From IMG/VR virus record IMGVR_UViG_3300000062_000003, positions 69,628 to 110,764 of that record: a DNA stretch of 41,137 bases, one strand, 5' to 3'. Position 1 is the first letter of the stretch. Each line of letters starts with the position of its first letter. The stretch is from a virus. This document shows positions 9,768 to 19,205 of the stretch, in pieces. The notes under the pieces were generated by a model, which saw only the letters and a program-made list of their open reading frames with translations, was not told the DNA's origin and searched no databases. The position numbers and the translations under genes are program-made.

Positions 9768-10512
9768 TAACTTAAACAAAGATTGCTTAGGATATGAAGA
9801 AGTGGAATGGAGAGATGTTGTAGGGTATGAAGAACAGTATCAAGTATCTAGTCATGGGGATGTGAGGAGGAAGAAAAGTGGGAGACCAAGAAAACTAACA
9901 ACAACATATGCTGGGTATTTGTGTGTTATTCTGTGTAAGAATAGTAAAACGCAACAGATACAGACACATAGATTAGTAGCCCAAGCATTTATTCCTAATC
10001 CTGACAACCTTCCAATAGTAAATCATAAAGATGAAAGTAGAGATAATAACCATTATTCTAATCTGGAATGGTGTACTTACTCTTATAATTCTAGATATGG
10101 AAGTCTAAAGGACAGAAGAAAACAATATTCAGGACAGGCAGTACCTGTTAGGCAATATAGTTTAGAGGGGTATTTTATTCAAGATTTTGTGTCAACAACT
10201 GAAGCTAGTAGAATATCAGGTGCAATGCAGTCAAATATAGTTTATTGTTGTAAAGGAGATAGGCCTACTGCTGGTGGTTACAGATGGAGCTATTTGGATA
10301 CTAGTAACTGTAAGCCCAGGCCAAAAATAATTCAGGTAGAACAACTAGATAAACATGATAATGTTATAGGAATATTTGAGTCTGCTAGAGATGCAGCAAG
10401 GAAGTTAAATTGTGCACAAACACATATTTCTAAATGTTGTAAGGGAGTGAAGAAAACTTATAAAGGATGTTTTTGGAGGTATAAGAGGCATGAAAACACT
10501 AAAAAAGACTAA
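9757..10512 (+). CDS. NUMOD4-HNH-NUMOD1 homing endonuclease
   Basis: EWRDVVGYEEQYQVSSHG (NUMOD4); HRLVAQAF...VNHKDESRDNNHYSNLEW (HNH); two C-terminal NUMOD1-like HTH repeats. Confidence 0.9.
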   Translation: MSCSNLNKDCLGYEEVEWRDVVGYEEQYQVSSHGDVRRKKSGRPRKLTTTYAGYLCVILCKNSKTQQIQTHRLVAQAFIPNPDNLPIVNHKDESRDNNHYSNLEWCTYSYNSRYGSLKDRRKQYSGQAVPVRQYSLEGYFIQDFVSTTEASRISGAMQSNIVYCCKGDRPTAGGYRWSYLDTSNCKPRPKIIQVEQLDKHDNVIGIFESARDAARKLNCAQTHISKCCKGVKKTYKGCFWRYKRHENTKKD

Positions 10513-13500
10513 ATGAATACTCAAACATATTTTATAGCACCCTACACAGTAGAGGAGGTACAAAATGCGACCATACAAGATTGTTTAGACTATATCACTA
10601 CTAAAACAGTATTAGGAATAGATGTGGAAACAACAAGAAGATATCCCAAAGGTAAGTATGATGAGTCGATATATAAAGGTGGACTTGACCCATATTTATC
10701 AGATGTAGTCATGTTACAGTTAGGGTATTTCGAAAAGATATTTGTGATAGACACCAGATTTGTGACACAAGAAGAGTTGCAACCTATCTTGGATTTCTTA
10801 CAATACAACAACAGTGTAGAGTTGGTTGGGGTAAACTTGAAATTTGAAGCCAAGCATCTTAGGCATAAATATGGATTAAGGCTTAGAAAAGTGTTTGATT
10901 GCATGCTAAGTGAAATGGTACTTTTCAATGGGATGCCTATGGGGTATAGTTTAGCTGCAATGGCAGGGCGATATCTAGGAATTTCTAAAAAAGAGGATAA
11001 TTTACTCTTTGAAGAGATGTATAACAAAGCTACAATAACAGTAGACCAAGAATTACTAGAGGAAAACGAGCATCTTTTAACACCTTTTGAAATAGCAGAT
11101 GCACAGGAAATAGACAAGTCTACTCGTTTGGAGTTCCTTAGTATTGGTGATAAACCCTTTTCTAAGAGGCAAATTTTATATGGGTCTGATGATATTCTTT
11201 ATCCACTGAAAATCAGGGAGTTACAAATGCTCGGCCGTAAAATCTCAGAAAATGATATCTATTGTCCTACTAATTGTATTCGAATAGAAAATGCTTTTTC
11301 TCAAGTACTTGGAGATGTAGAATTATCAGGAATGCTCATAAACCAGAAGTTATGGTTAGAAATAGCAGCAGAAAATGAAGTAGAATATAACAAACGTAAG
11401 GTAGAACTAGATGATTATGTTTGTGAGTTATTCCCACAGTATGCAGGATTACCTGATTTATTCTCAGATAAACCATTATGTCATGTACAATGGAGCTCCT
11501 CCACTCAGGTTGTTAAGTTTTTAAGGAAGCTAGACCTCTGCCCACGAGCTCGGTCAATGCAAACTGGAAAAGAAGAATGGACAGCAGGAGCAAAAGAACT
11601 AGTTAAAACTCTTCCCAATAAGTATAAGAACTTATACATGAAAAACAAATGGGAACCTTTCTCAAAAGATGAAAATGGAAAATACATCTATGATAAAGAT
11701 AAGTTAAGACTGGCAATTCTAAATCTAAACAAGTCCTTTCAGGCTATCACTACATTTGGAGCTGATTGGTTAAAATATATTCATCCAATAACTGGAAAAG
11801 TACATTCAAGTTATCGTCAGATATTAAATACGGGTAGGATTTCAAGTACTAATCCTAATTGCTTTTCCTTAGATACCAAATTATTGACTAAAGATGGTTG
11901 GAAAGGATATGATGAAATTAAAATAGGGGATGCAATTCTATCTTATAACATGAAGACTCGTGAATTGGAGACAGATACTGTGTTGGACTATTATCTTGGA
12001 GAGGGAGAGTTATTGGAGTTTGTAGGGAATAGAAATTTTGATGGTTGTATGACCCCTAACCACCGACAAGTAGTAGTAACAAGTGCAGGTGAAAATGATA
12101 TAAAAGAAGCCCAAGATATCTCTGGTTATGAAAGGATTATAAATGCAGGACATTTACGTGAGGGCAGAGATGAACCTGAGTGGTTTATTGAGTTACTGTG
12201 TGCAACTCAAGCAGATGGGAAGAAAGTAGGTGAGAGTTGGAATTATGAATTTACTAAGAAGAGGCAGGCGGATAGGTTTAGGAGGAGTTTGAATAAAATC
12301 ACCCCTGACTATGTTATAATTTGGGAAGAAACCCAACACGAAATAAATGACACAACACAATATAGTTTCTCTGTAGCATTTTCAAACGATTTCTTCAACA
12401 ATTATCTACAAGATGGACAGTTTACTTGGACATTAATGAAAATGTCTCACAGGTCTCGAAAATACTTCATAGAAGAGTTACATCATTGGGGAGAATCATT
12501 TACATATAGTTCAATTATAAAATCAAATGCTGAAATAGTTCAAGCAGTTGCTACAACTATAGGAGTCAGGGGAAGGTATGAAACATATCCCCACAAAAAA
12601 GATGGTATTATCAGACACCAAATAGCCTTAGAAAGTAAACAACTTACAGGAGCCAATAGGCTAGAGGTTAATAACTTGGGAGTAAATAAAGTTTGGTGTG
12701 TTAAAACCAAGAACACTACAGTTGTTGCCAGTAGAGGAGTGAGTGTATGGGTATCAGGGAATTGTCAGAATATTAGTAATGGAAAATGGAGGAAGGCATT
12801 TATTGTTGAGGAGTGTGAAGATTTACTTAATTTAGATTTTTCAGCACAGGAGCTCTCGCTCCTAGCTGATAGAGCAGAAGAAAAGAATATGCTTGACTTT
12901 TTTATAAATGGTAATCCAATTTTCGGAACTGATTTACATTCATACTCTGCTACACGAATTGCCAAGTTAACTACAGGAGACCCAAATGCCTTTATACCAC
13001 CAAAAGAATTAGCAGATGGGTCAGATAATCCTGAATTTAAACCAGAGCATAATGAGTTACGTAACAAGTCAAAAGCAGTTTCATTTGGGATAGCATATGG
13101 CAAACAGAATTTTGCTGATGATTTCGGGTGTTCTGATGAGGAAGCTAAAGACTTTGTTCAAGGCTATTTAGGAGCATTTCCAGGGTTGCCATCATACTTT
13201 ACACATATACAGGAGGTTTCTTTAAAACAAGGCTATGTACTTATAGATTCTTTTTCTGGTAGGCGGTGGTTCTCGCAAGATTATCAAAAACTACAAGAAT
13301 TACAAAAGGAATGTATGGCACCCTACCAGACACCAGAGTATAAAGCAATGTCTAAAGAGGAGAGAGAGAAATGGCGTATTGAGTACAAAGAAGAAAACCC
13401 TTGGTTTAAGCAACTTTGGCGAAATAATATGATATTAAAAGGTTCCTTAGGACGTAAGGCCTTAAATTACCCTCTGCAAGGCAGTGCTGGAACCCAAACT

Positions 13501-13725
13501 AAGGTGGCAGCATGTATGTTACGACATCTAATAATATCTGAAAATCTACCAATAGAATTAATAAATATGGTACATGATGAAATGCTGGTAAAGTGTACTG
13601 ATACTACACGAAGTGATGAGATGGGAAAGGTGGTACAGAGATGTATGGTTGATGGGGGGAACATGCTTTGTAATAATAAATTGATGAAGAGTTCATATAA
13701 AATTGGTAAACACTGGATTCACTAA
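10513..13725 (+). CDS. polA: Family A DNA polymerase with 3'-5' exonuclease domain, intein-containing
   Basis: ExoI GIDVET; TGRISSTNPN; motif A DFSAQEL; motif B RNKSKAVSFGIAYG; motif C VHDE. Confidence 0.93.
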   Translation: MNTQTYFIAPYTVEEVQNATIQDCLDYITTKTVLGIDVETTRRYPKGKYDESIYKGGLDPYLSDVVMLQLGYFEKIFVIDTRFVTQEELQPILDFLQYNNSVELVGVNLKFEAKHLRHKYGLRLRKVFDCMLSEMVLFNGMPMGYSLAAMAGRYLGISKKEDNLLFEEMYNKATITVDQELLEENEHLLTPFEIADAQEIDKSTRLEFLSIGDKPFSKRQILYGSDDILYPLKIRELQMLGRKISENDIYCPTNCIRIENAFSQVLGDVELSGMLINQKLWLEIAAENEVEYNKRKVELDDYVCELFPQYAGLPDLFSDKPLCHVQWSSSTQVVKFLRKLDLCPRARSMQTGKEEWTAGAKELVKTLPNKYKNLYMKNKWEPFSKDENGKYIYDKDKLRLAILNLNKSFQAITTFGADWLKYIHPITGKVHSSYRQILNTGRISSTNPNCFSLDTKLLTKDGWKGYDEIKIGDAILSYNMKTRELETDTVLDYYLGEGELLEFVGNRNFDGCMTPNHRQVVVTSAGENDIKEAQDISGYERIINAGHLREGRDEPEWFIELLCATQADGKKVGESWNYEFTKKRQADRFRRSLNKITPDYVIIWEETQHEINDTTQYSFSVAFSNDFFNNYLQDGQFTWTLMKMSHRSRKYFIEELHHWGESFTYSSIIKSNAEIVQAVATTIGVRGRYETYPHKKDGIIRHQIALESKQLTGANRLEVNNLGVNKVWCVKTKNTTVVASRGVSVWVSGNCQNISNGKWRKAFIVEECEDLLNLDFSAQELSLLADRAEEKNMLDFFINGNPIFGTDLHSYSATRIAKLTTGDPNAFIPPKELADGSDNPEFKPEHNELRNKSKAVSFGIAYGKQNFADDFGCSDEEAKDFVQGYLGAFPGLPSYFTHIQEVSLKQGYVLIDSFSGRRWFSQDYQKLQELQKECMAPYQTPEYKAMSKEEREKWRIEYKEENPWFKQLWRNNMILKGSLGRKALNYPLQGSAGTQTKVAACMLRHLIISENLPIELINMVHDEMLVKCTDTTRSDEMGKVVQRCMVDGGNMLCNNKLMKSSYKIGKHWIH
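11860..12762 (+). mobile_element. Intein (301 aa) in the DNA polymerase
   Basis: Begins CFSLDTKLLTKDGW, has block B MTPNH, and ends WCVKTKNTTVVASRGVSVWVSGN followed by +1 Cys. It splits NPN/CQNI. LAGLIDADG-like LLCATQADG is present; the second motif looks degenerate. Confidence 0.9.
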
Positions 13726-13799
13726 TAAAAAATTCCAACATATACCCGAAATGATTGTCGACACAGAAGTATTAATACAAACAATAAAAACTACTAAGC

Positions 13800-14075
13800 A
13801 TGGATAAAGTGATTTTTAACAAAATACATGCCTGTTCACTATATGCAAGGGAAGCAGAAGGACTATTAAATACTTATTGTGCTAAGATTAGCAATGAAAT
13901 TGCCCCATACCTTCCTCTTAACAAGTCAGATTACGAGGACTTCGGAGTTCAATGGATGACTGATGGATTATGCTGTTATTTTGATGAGATGATTGTACCA
14001 GTCAGCTTTCTTGCTAAGTCTCTATATATGGGGGAAATTGAAGATTTTGAAGATATTAAGAAATTAGCAATATAA
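13800..14075 (+). CDS. Hypothetical protein
   Basis: 91-aa ORF in the + strand block. Confidence 0.6.
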   Translation: MDKVIFNKIHACSLYAREAEGLLNTYCAKISNEIAPYLPLNKSDYEDFGVQWMTDGLCCYFDEMIVPVSFLAKSLYMGEIEDFEDIKKLAI

Positions 14076-14101
14076 TATGTTCAACTTTTAGTAAAATAAT
14101 T

Positions 14102-14306
14102 ATGGAAAAAGAGAAAAGAAAGAAAGAATTTTCCAGAGAATGTCCTAATAAACTACCCTAAGTCTTTTCGGTCTTGGATAGACAAAAGAAATGTAGAACA
14201 GTTTCGAGAATGGATTTCCAACCAAACTTATAAAAAACCAATAGAGAATGATTCTGAGAGCATATTTCTTGAGGTGAAGGAGTGTTTCCACGCTTTTAAT
14301 AGTTAG
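14102..14306 (+). pseudogene. Possible frameshifted small gene
   Basis: The ATG frame stops after 19 aa. Removing one AAAG unit (or one T) joins it to an ATG-less open frame ending at TAG 14304-14306. Confidence 0.4.
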
Positions 14307-14366
14307 TCAAGTCCTTGAACAATTTAAAGTAATAAAAACAATGAAATTTATTAAACAATTAAAAAC

Positions 14367-14612
14367 ATGAAAGCAATTTACAAATTGAATGCCGATTTTG
14401 GCAGACAAGGTATTTTATCAGGTGTTTTTGTAGCAGATACTGAAGAAGTAGAAAAGTTATTAGGGACAGAAATTTATTTTGGGGAGGTACTGGGTAAGCA
14501 CTCAGTAGTTCTTGTTACTAAAGATAAAGAAGTAGTAGCCTTATTTGAAGAGTATGATTTGGAGTCAGGGATTAACCCTTTCCATTACCTAGAAGAAGAA
14601 GAAGAAGAATAG
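14367..14612 (+). CDS. Conserved phage hypothetical protein
   Basis: 81 aa with the GRQG...YFGEVLGKHS motif seen in many phage proteins. Confidence 0.7.
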   Translation: MKAIYKLNADFGRQGILSGVFVADTEEVEKLLGTEIYFGEVLGKHSVVLVTKDKEVVALFEEYDLESGINPFHYLEEEEEE

Positions 14613-14613
14613 T

Positions 14614-14913
14614 ATGAAAGAACCAGACACAAGTATTTGGGAAGATATAGCAAGAAGAATAATGCGAGGATTAGTAGACAGAGTAGAGTTGAAGAATCCA
14701 GATTCTCCCCACCACTACCCTGACTACTGGGTTAGTAAAATAACTGAAGCAGCTAAGAATCTATTCAGTAACCATTACCAAGATAAAAGAGAGGTAGTTA
14801 TTTCAGACTTAATTAACAATAATATAGAAAGTAACCTAAGTAAATATGGTGACCTCCTTGAGTTTTGGATATTAGATACTGAAATAGATTTGTGGTTTGA
14901 TGAAATTGTATAA
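14614..14913 (+). CDS. Hypothetical protein
   Basis: Tightly packed 99-aa ORF. Confidence 0.6.
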   Translation: MKEPDTSIWEDIARRIMRGLVDRVELKNPDSPHHYPDYWVSKITEAAKNLFSNHYQDKREVVISDLINNNIESNLSKYGDLLEFWILDTEIDLWFDEIV

Positions 14914-14928
14914 TTGAAAATTAATAAC

Positions 14929-15189
14929 ATGAAAAAATTTACAGAAGCATTAAATGAGTTTTTAGAAAGTGAAGAAAACAGAAAGAGAATGGAAGACCTT
15001 TCTGTACAACAGTTAGCAAAAGAAATAAATAAAGTAGCGAATCATTTGAACAACTTAATATATCAAGGCCTTATCACTGAAAGACTTTTGATTGTTACTG
15101 GAGAGGATACTCTTCAAGAATGTGAGTTAGTTGCTGAAGGTAGAATACAACCCTACTATATAAGAGTACAAGCTGCTATAAAACCATAG
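14929..15189 (+). CDS. Hypothetical protein
   Basis: ATG at 14929 preferred over TTG at 14914. Confidence 0.6.
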   Translation: MKKFTEALNEFLESEENRKRMEDLSVQQLAKEINKVANHLNNLIYQGLITERLLIVTGEDTLQECELVAEGRIQPYYIRVQAAIKP

Positions 15190-15195
15190 TTTAAT

Positions 15196-15369
15196 ATGCA
15201 AATAGTAAAAACAATTATAGCTAGACCATTAGCCAAGAGTATATTTGGCCGATTTATTAAGGTATATGTTACGGATAATGGACTATTCTTTGTTGATTCT
15301 CCCCAATTCCCTGACCTCATACAAGTATATGAAGGCACTCATTTTGAATACATAGAGGATGGGATTTAG
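15196..15369 (+). CDS. Small hypothetical protein (57 aa)
   Basis: MQIVKTIIARP...EYIEDGI fills the gap between neighbours; it is below the ORF-track size cutoff. Confidence 0.55.
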   Translation: MQIVKTIIARPLAKSIFGRFIKVYVTDNGLFFVDSPQFPDLIQVYEGTHFEYIEDGI

Positions 15370-15985
15370 TCAACTTTATTCAGAGGATAAATATATGGAA
15401 CTTTTAGTAACTAGATTTATGGATGCTAATTTCTACAATGTAAGTCCTCTGATTACAGGTTTTGAAAGAATAGAGACCAAAGAGTTGCAATTACAAGGGG
15501 TAGATATTAGACTAGCCATTCCTACAAGAAAAGTTCAACTAAGTGATATTGACGAAAAGGCTGCTGTTAGATATATTAATAAAGATTTACAGACTTTTTC
15601 TTTTGAGTTAAGTTTTGTGAGTCCGAAAGGTATCAGGAGGTCAGGGTGGCTGATAGACCCTCACAAAACAACCAAATACTATGCTTTAATGTGGTTAAAA
15701 GCAACTACTTCACCAATAAAACTTATCTCACAAATAACTGAAGTAGAGTGGTTACTGATATCTAGGAAGATAGTTAAAGAACTTTTAAATACTATGGGAC
15801 AGTTCGAAGAGTACATGAAGATACTAGCAGATAACCCTAGTAGAAAAGTGATTAAACCAACCCCTGACCATCCATTCTTCATGCTGATATCACAACAACT
15901 AACCGAACAACCAATAAATATAATAGTAAAGAAAGGTTGGTTAATAAACAACTCTGTATATCATAAAATAATAAAACCAATATAA
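15359..15985 (+). CDS. Putative PD-(D/E)XK-fold nuclease
   Basis: QLQGVD...DEKA...TFSFEL pattern resembles the restriction-endonuclease-like fold (inference). Confidence 0.5.
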   Translation: MGFSQLYSEDKYMELLVTRFMDANFYNVSPLITGFERIETKELQLQGVDIRLAIPTRKVQLSDIDEKAAVRYINKDLQTFSFELSFVSPKGIRRSGWLIDPHKTTKYYALMWLKATTSPIKLISQITEVEWLLISRKIVKELLNTMGQFEEYMKILADNPSRKVIKPTPDHPFFMLISQQLTEQPINIIVKKGWLINNSVYHKIIKPI

Positions 15986-15986
15986 A

Positions 15987-16018
15987 CTTGTTCAGGGGGG
16001 GGTGAATCTGTAACTTTG
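15987..16018 (+). promoter_or_regulatory. Bacteroidota promoter with a G8 tract in the spacer
   Basis: CTTG at 15987-90, 20-nt spacer TTCAGGGGGGGGTGAATCTG, TAACTTTG at 16011-18. Confidence 0.7.
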
Positions 16019-16042
16019 TAACTTAATTAAAGCTATTAAAAT

Positions 16043-17419
16043 ATGAGAAGACATCATAAAGCAGATGGAGGAATTATTCTACCTGATGCATATGAATCCC
16101 CTATTGTACCAAAGAATACAGGAGTAGTATTGTTAGAACAACAGTGTTCACTTGGCGGAGTTCCTTTCAATCAAGGGTCAGCAGGTATTACTCCAGGTAA
16201 TTACATGGAGTGGTTAGGTATAGAATCAGCAGGCAAGGTTACAGATGGATTTTGGCCATCTTGGACTATTAACAAGTTTGTGGTAAATGCTTTCGATAAA
16301 TTTAATACTATCGAAACTGATGAAATAGCTTGGTTTGACCGAAACGTAACTTTTCATACAGGATTGAATGGTAATGGATGGGTAGACGCACATCTAGGAA
16401 CTGCTGACCTAACCACCTTTAAGTTTTTCGACAGGGTAGATGCACCAGGAACAAATGATTTTCTTCATAATTATGGTGGATATTTTCCTTGGGGAGATGT
16501 AACACATAGGTCTTTATTTTTCCCTACAACTGTACAAGATGGTGTACTTGATGGGAATGTAGGGTTTAGAGTATTTGATATAAGTCCTGGTCAGGTTCAG
16601 CCATATTTTGATACAGTAGACCAAGCTTACCGAAGTACTTTTAACATCCTGAACTGGCAGGGTAAAAGTCCTGACTGGACAGCTATGAAAAATGTTACAG
16701 GTGGCACAGCAGATTATGGTTCCCATAAGACAGGAGTATGGAAAGTACCAGAAACAAATGTTATTCTTCAATTAATCGGACAACTACCTAGACATAATGA
16801 AATTAATGGTACTGGTAACCGTTGGGATGATGTCTTGGATTTCTTCTTGATTAATAGGGAAGCTGACCCTATAAAGCGCATTCCTGCCCCTATAGGAGAT
16901 AATTGGTATCACAAGAATATTTCAGGATTAGGATTTCTACCAAATGGTAAGTTTCAATCTAGATTTGAGGGACAAACTGTTGTGAATCCAGACCATTTTG
17001 GGGTAGCTGCATGTATAACAACTTTTAAAAGTACAGGAAATCATGCAAATGGTCACACAATGATTGCAATGGGAACTTCTAGAAATACTACAGATATTCA
17101 AGGAAACCCAGTAGCACCTGTTACTTGGACAGGAATGTCAGTAAGTTCAATATGGACAATACCTGGACATGGGGGAGGTCTTAGATATTGTAGAATAAAA
17201 ACAGTAGAGGAAAGAGGGTATAAATTAGTGGTAGATACTGGTAGTGATAGAGTATTAGTCACACCCCCTGACGACCCAAGGACTGACATCCCAATAGGAC
17301 TAGAACGTGGAGTAGCTTTACGGTATATGAATAGAGAAAAGAAGAGGGTAGTACAAAAGTGGTCAACCATTCAAGCAGAGGCAACTGCATTAGCTGGTAC
17401 AGTTACAATAGAAGCGTAA
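16043..17419 (+). CDS. Putative virion structural/receptor-binding protein
   Basis: 458 aa rich in G, T, N and W, with a likely beta-rich composition and its own promoter. Function is inferred. Confidence 0.45.
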   Translation: MRRHHKADGGIILPDAYESPIVPKNTGVVLLEQQCSLGGVPFNQGSAGITPGNYMEWLGIESAGKVTDGFWPSWTINKFVVNAFDKFNTIETDEIAWFDRNVTFHTGLNGNGWVDAHLGTADLTTFKFFDRVDAPGTNDFLHNYGGYFPWGDVTHRSLFFPTTVQDGVLDGNVGFRVFDISPGQVQPYFDTVDQAYRSTFNILNWQGKSPDWTAMKNVTGGTADYGSHKTGVWKVPETNVILQLIGQLPRHNEINGTGNRWDDVLDFFLINREADPIKRIPAPIGDNWYHKNISGLGFLPNGKFQSRFEGQTVVNPDHFGVAACITTFKSTGNHANGHTMIAMGTSRNTTDIQGNPVAPVTWTGMSVSSIWTIPGHGGGLRYCRIKTVEERGYKLVVDTGSDRVLVTPPDDPRTDIPIGLERGVALRYMNREKKRVVQKWSTIQAEATALAGTVTIEA

Positions 17420-17472
17420 CACTTTTTAACATCCCAAACACAAGGTAGGTAAAATTAATTACCTACCTTTGT
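17418..17472 (+). repeat. 55-bp promoter/palindrome repeat, copy A1
   Basis: AACACTTTTTAACATCCCAAACAC-AAGGTAGGTAA-aattaa-TTACCTACCTT-TGT; identical to 25806-25860 except for the inverted spacer; overlaps the -7 element TACCTTTG. Confidence 0.9.
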
Positions 17473-17494
17473 CTTTATATAAAAGTAAACAAAT

Positions 17495-17971
17495 ATGGAT
17501 AGTCAACTAAAAGTAAACAAAACGAATGTACTCAGAGCATGGAGAGAAACAGATAAAGATGGCAAGTTATTACTTGAAAACCTCTATGGAAAAGAAGTAT
17601 TCCAAAATCAAGATGTAAGGAAACGTATCAAAACATTCGAGGATGCTTTAGCTGAAACAGGTAAACCTCCGGTACCATCTTTCTCGGATGTACCCGAAGA
17701 CATGAAAGCGTATTTCATAGCACAATACAAGATGTCGGTTATTGCAGAAGCACTCAACGAGGGATGGATTCCTAATTGGGATAACGACAATGAAAGAAAG
17801 TGGAGAGTATGGTTTGTTATGTCTCCTTCTACCTTCGCCATCGATGCTTCGGATTACGATTACTCGTATGCGCTTGCTGGTAGCAGTTCTCGCCTTTGTT
17901 TTAAAAGCGAAGTGTTAGCAGCATACTGTGCAAAACAGTTCCTAGATATTTGGAAAGATATTCAGCTTTGA
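17495..17971 (+). CDS. DGR-target-like protein (paralogue 1)
   Basis: IKTFEDA...ALNEGWIPNW...SSRLCFKS; a VR-like C-terminal stretch at about 17825-17899. Confidence 0.6.
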   Translation: MDSQLKVNKTNVLRAWRETDKDGKLLLENLYGKEVFQNQDVRKRIKTFEDALAETGKPPVPSFSDVPEDMKAYFIAQYKMSVIAEALNEGWIPNWDNDNERKWRVWFVMSPSTFAIDASDYDYSYALAGSSSRLCFKSEVLAAYCAKQFLDIWKDIQL

Positions 17972-18029
17972 TAATAGCTTATGGAATACAATTTAGACAT
18001 AAAGCAAATGCACAAAGAGCGGGGAAGAG

Positions 18030-18329
18030 ATGGTAGAACTGCAATTCATAAAATTGCGTAAAGCCATCAATAAACGCATATTTCAAATGGTAGAATTTAT
18101 GGATGACCCAAACAGATACTATATAGGGAGAAGCATATCCAAGAGGCTATTTGAATATGAAAATGATTGGGCACTTGCTCCTATTTTTGGAATAGGCGTA
18201 AAACGCGCCCTGTCAGAAGGACATAGAATTTGTATGGATAACTTAATACAAAATGAATACTCTTACATTTTGAAGCTTCAAGCCGAGAATGATAGATTAA
18301 AAAGAGAATTAGCAGTATGGAAATTGTAG
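18030..18329 (+). CDS. Hypothetical protein
   Basis: 99-aa ORF. Confidence 0.55.
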   Translation: MVELQFIKLRKAINKRIFQMVEFMDDPNRYYIGRSISKRLFEYENDWALAPIFGIGVKRALSEGHRICMDNLIQNEYSYILKLQAENDRLKRELAVWKL

Positions 18330-18700
18330 AGCAATTAGGCAACTTTAAGGAGTTCCAAAATAGGTATCACTTTGTGCTTTGGGATACTTTTTATAAGCAC
18401 GTGGAAATTTTTTGGCCATGTGATGTCAATAAAATAGGAATATCTTCAGTTTTTTCGGCTGCTGAAATATTAAGAAATATAATATGGGAGAAGTGGGGAC
18501 TGCTATTGAGCTTTGAGATAAACAACAGCGGGGTGTACTGGGAAATAGTCGATTCAACAAAACATGACTGCACAACATTTTATAAAGAATTTGAAAGCAC
18601 AGGAGGAGATGCTATTAAAGAAGTGTTAGTAGATAGCTTCTCAGGTGTTATAGATTGGTATTTGAATAAACTTTTTAATTTACAGAGATATGGAAAATAA
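18317..18700 (+). CDS. Hypothetical protein
   Basis: 127-aa ORF overlapping its neighbours in operon fashion. Confidence 0.6.
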   Translation: MEIVEQLGNFKEFQNRYHFVLWDTFYKHVEIFWPCDVNKIGISSVFSAAEILRNIIWEKWGLLLSFEINNSGVYWEIVDSTKHDCTTFYKEFESTGGDAIKEVLVDSFSGVIDWYLNKLFNLQRYGK

Positions 18701-19205
18701 CAAACCAACACCAAGTGAGTTTTTAGAGGTACTTAGAGATAGTTTTGAAGGTTCAACCATCATTTATACAGAAGGAAGTTGTGGAGAGCTACATAAGATT
18801 TTAAAGTGTGTATATCCAGAGGCTCAAGCATATTATGATGGAGACCACACCCTGACTAAGATAGGGGACAGATGGTACGATATTTTAGGAGAGTATACAA
18901 TAGCACCTAAATATATGCCAGTTAATACAAAGGAACTGATTCAAAGTAAAGCAGACATTTATAACTTAGAAATAGATTGTGATAAATTACTAATTTGTAG
19001 AAGAGAAGTACTCAGACTAATATCAGCTAGTATAAATGAATTAGCAGAGAAGGTCAATCAGAGTGATAAACTAGTTCTAAAAGAGTTACTAAGTGATGTC
19101 GCACTATCACAACCTTTAAATAATGCATTTATCGAACTATATGGAGTGGATGTAAATGCAGCAACATTTATTAGATACTCTAAAAGACGACTAGCAAATG
19201 ATTAG
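18690..19205 (+). CDS. Hypothetical phage protein
   Basis: YTEGSC...DH...WYDILG motif seen in a common small phage family. Confidence 0.65.
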   Translation: MENNKPTPSEFLEVLRDSFEGSTIIYTEGSCGELHKILKCVYPEAQAYYDGDHTLTKIGDRWYDILGEYTIAPKYMPVNTKELIQSKADIYNLEIDCDKLLICRREVLRLISASINELAEKVNQSDKLVLKELLSDVALSQPLNNAFIELYGVDVNAATFIRYSKRRLAND

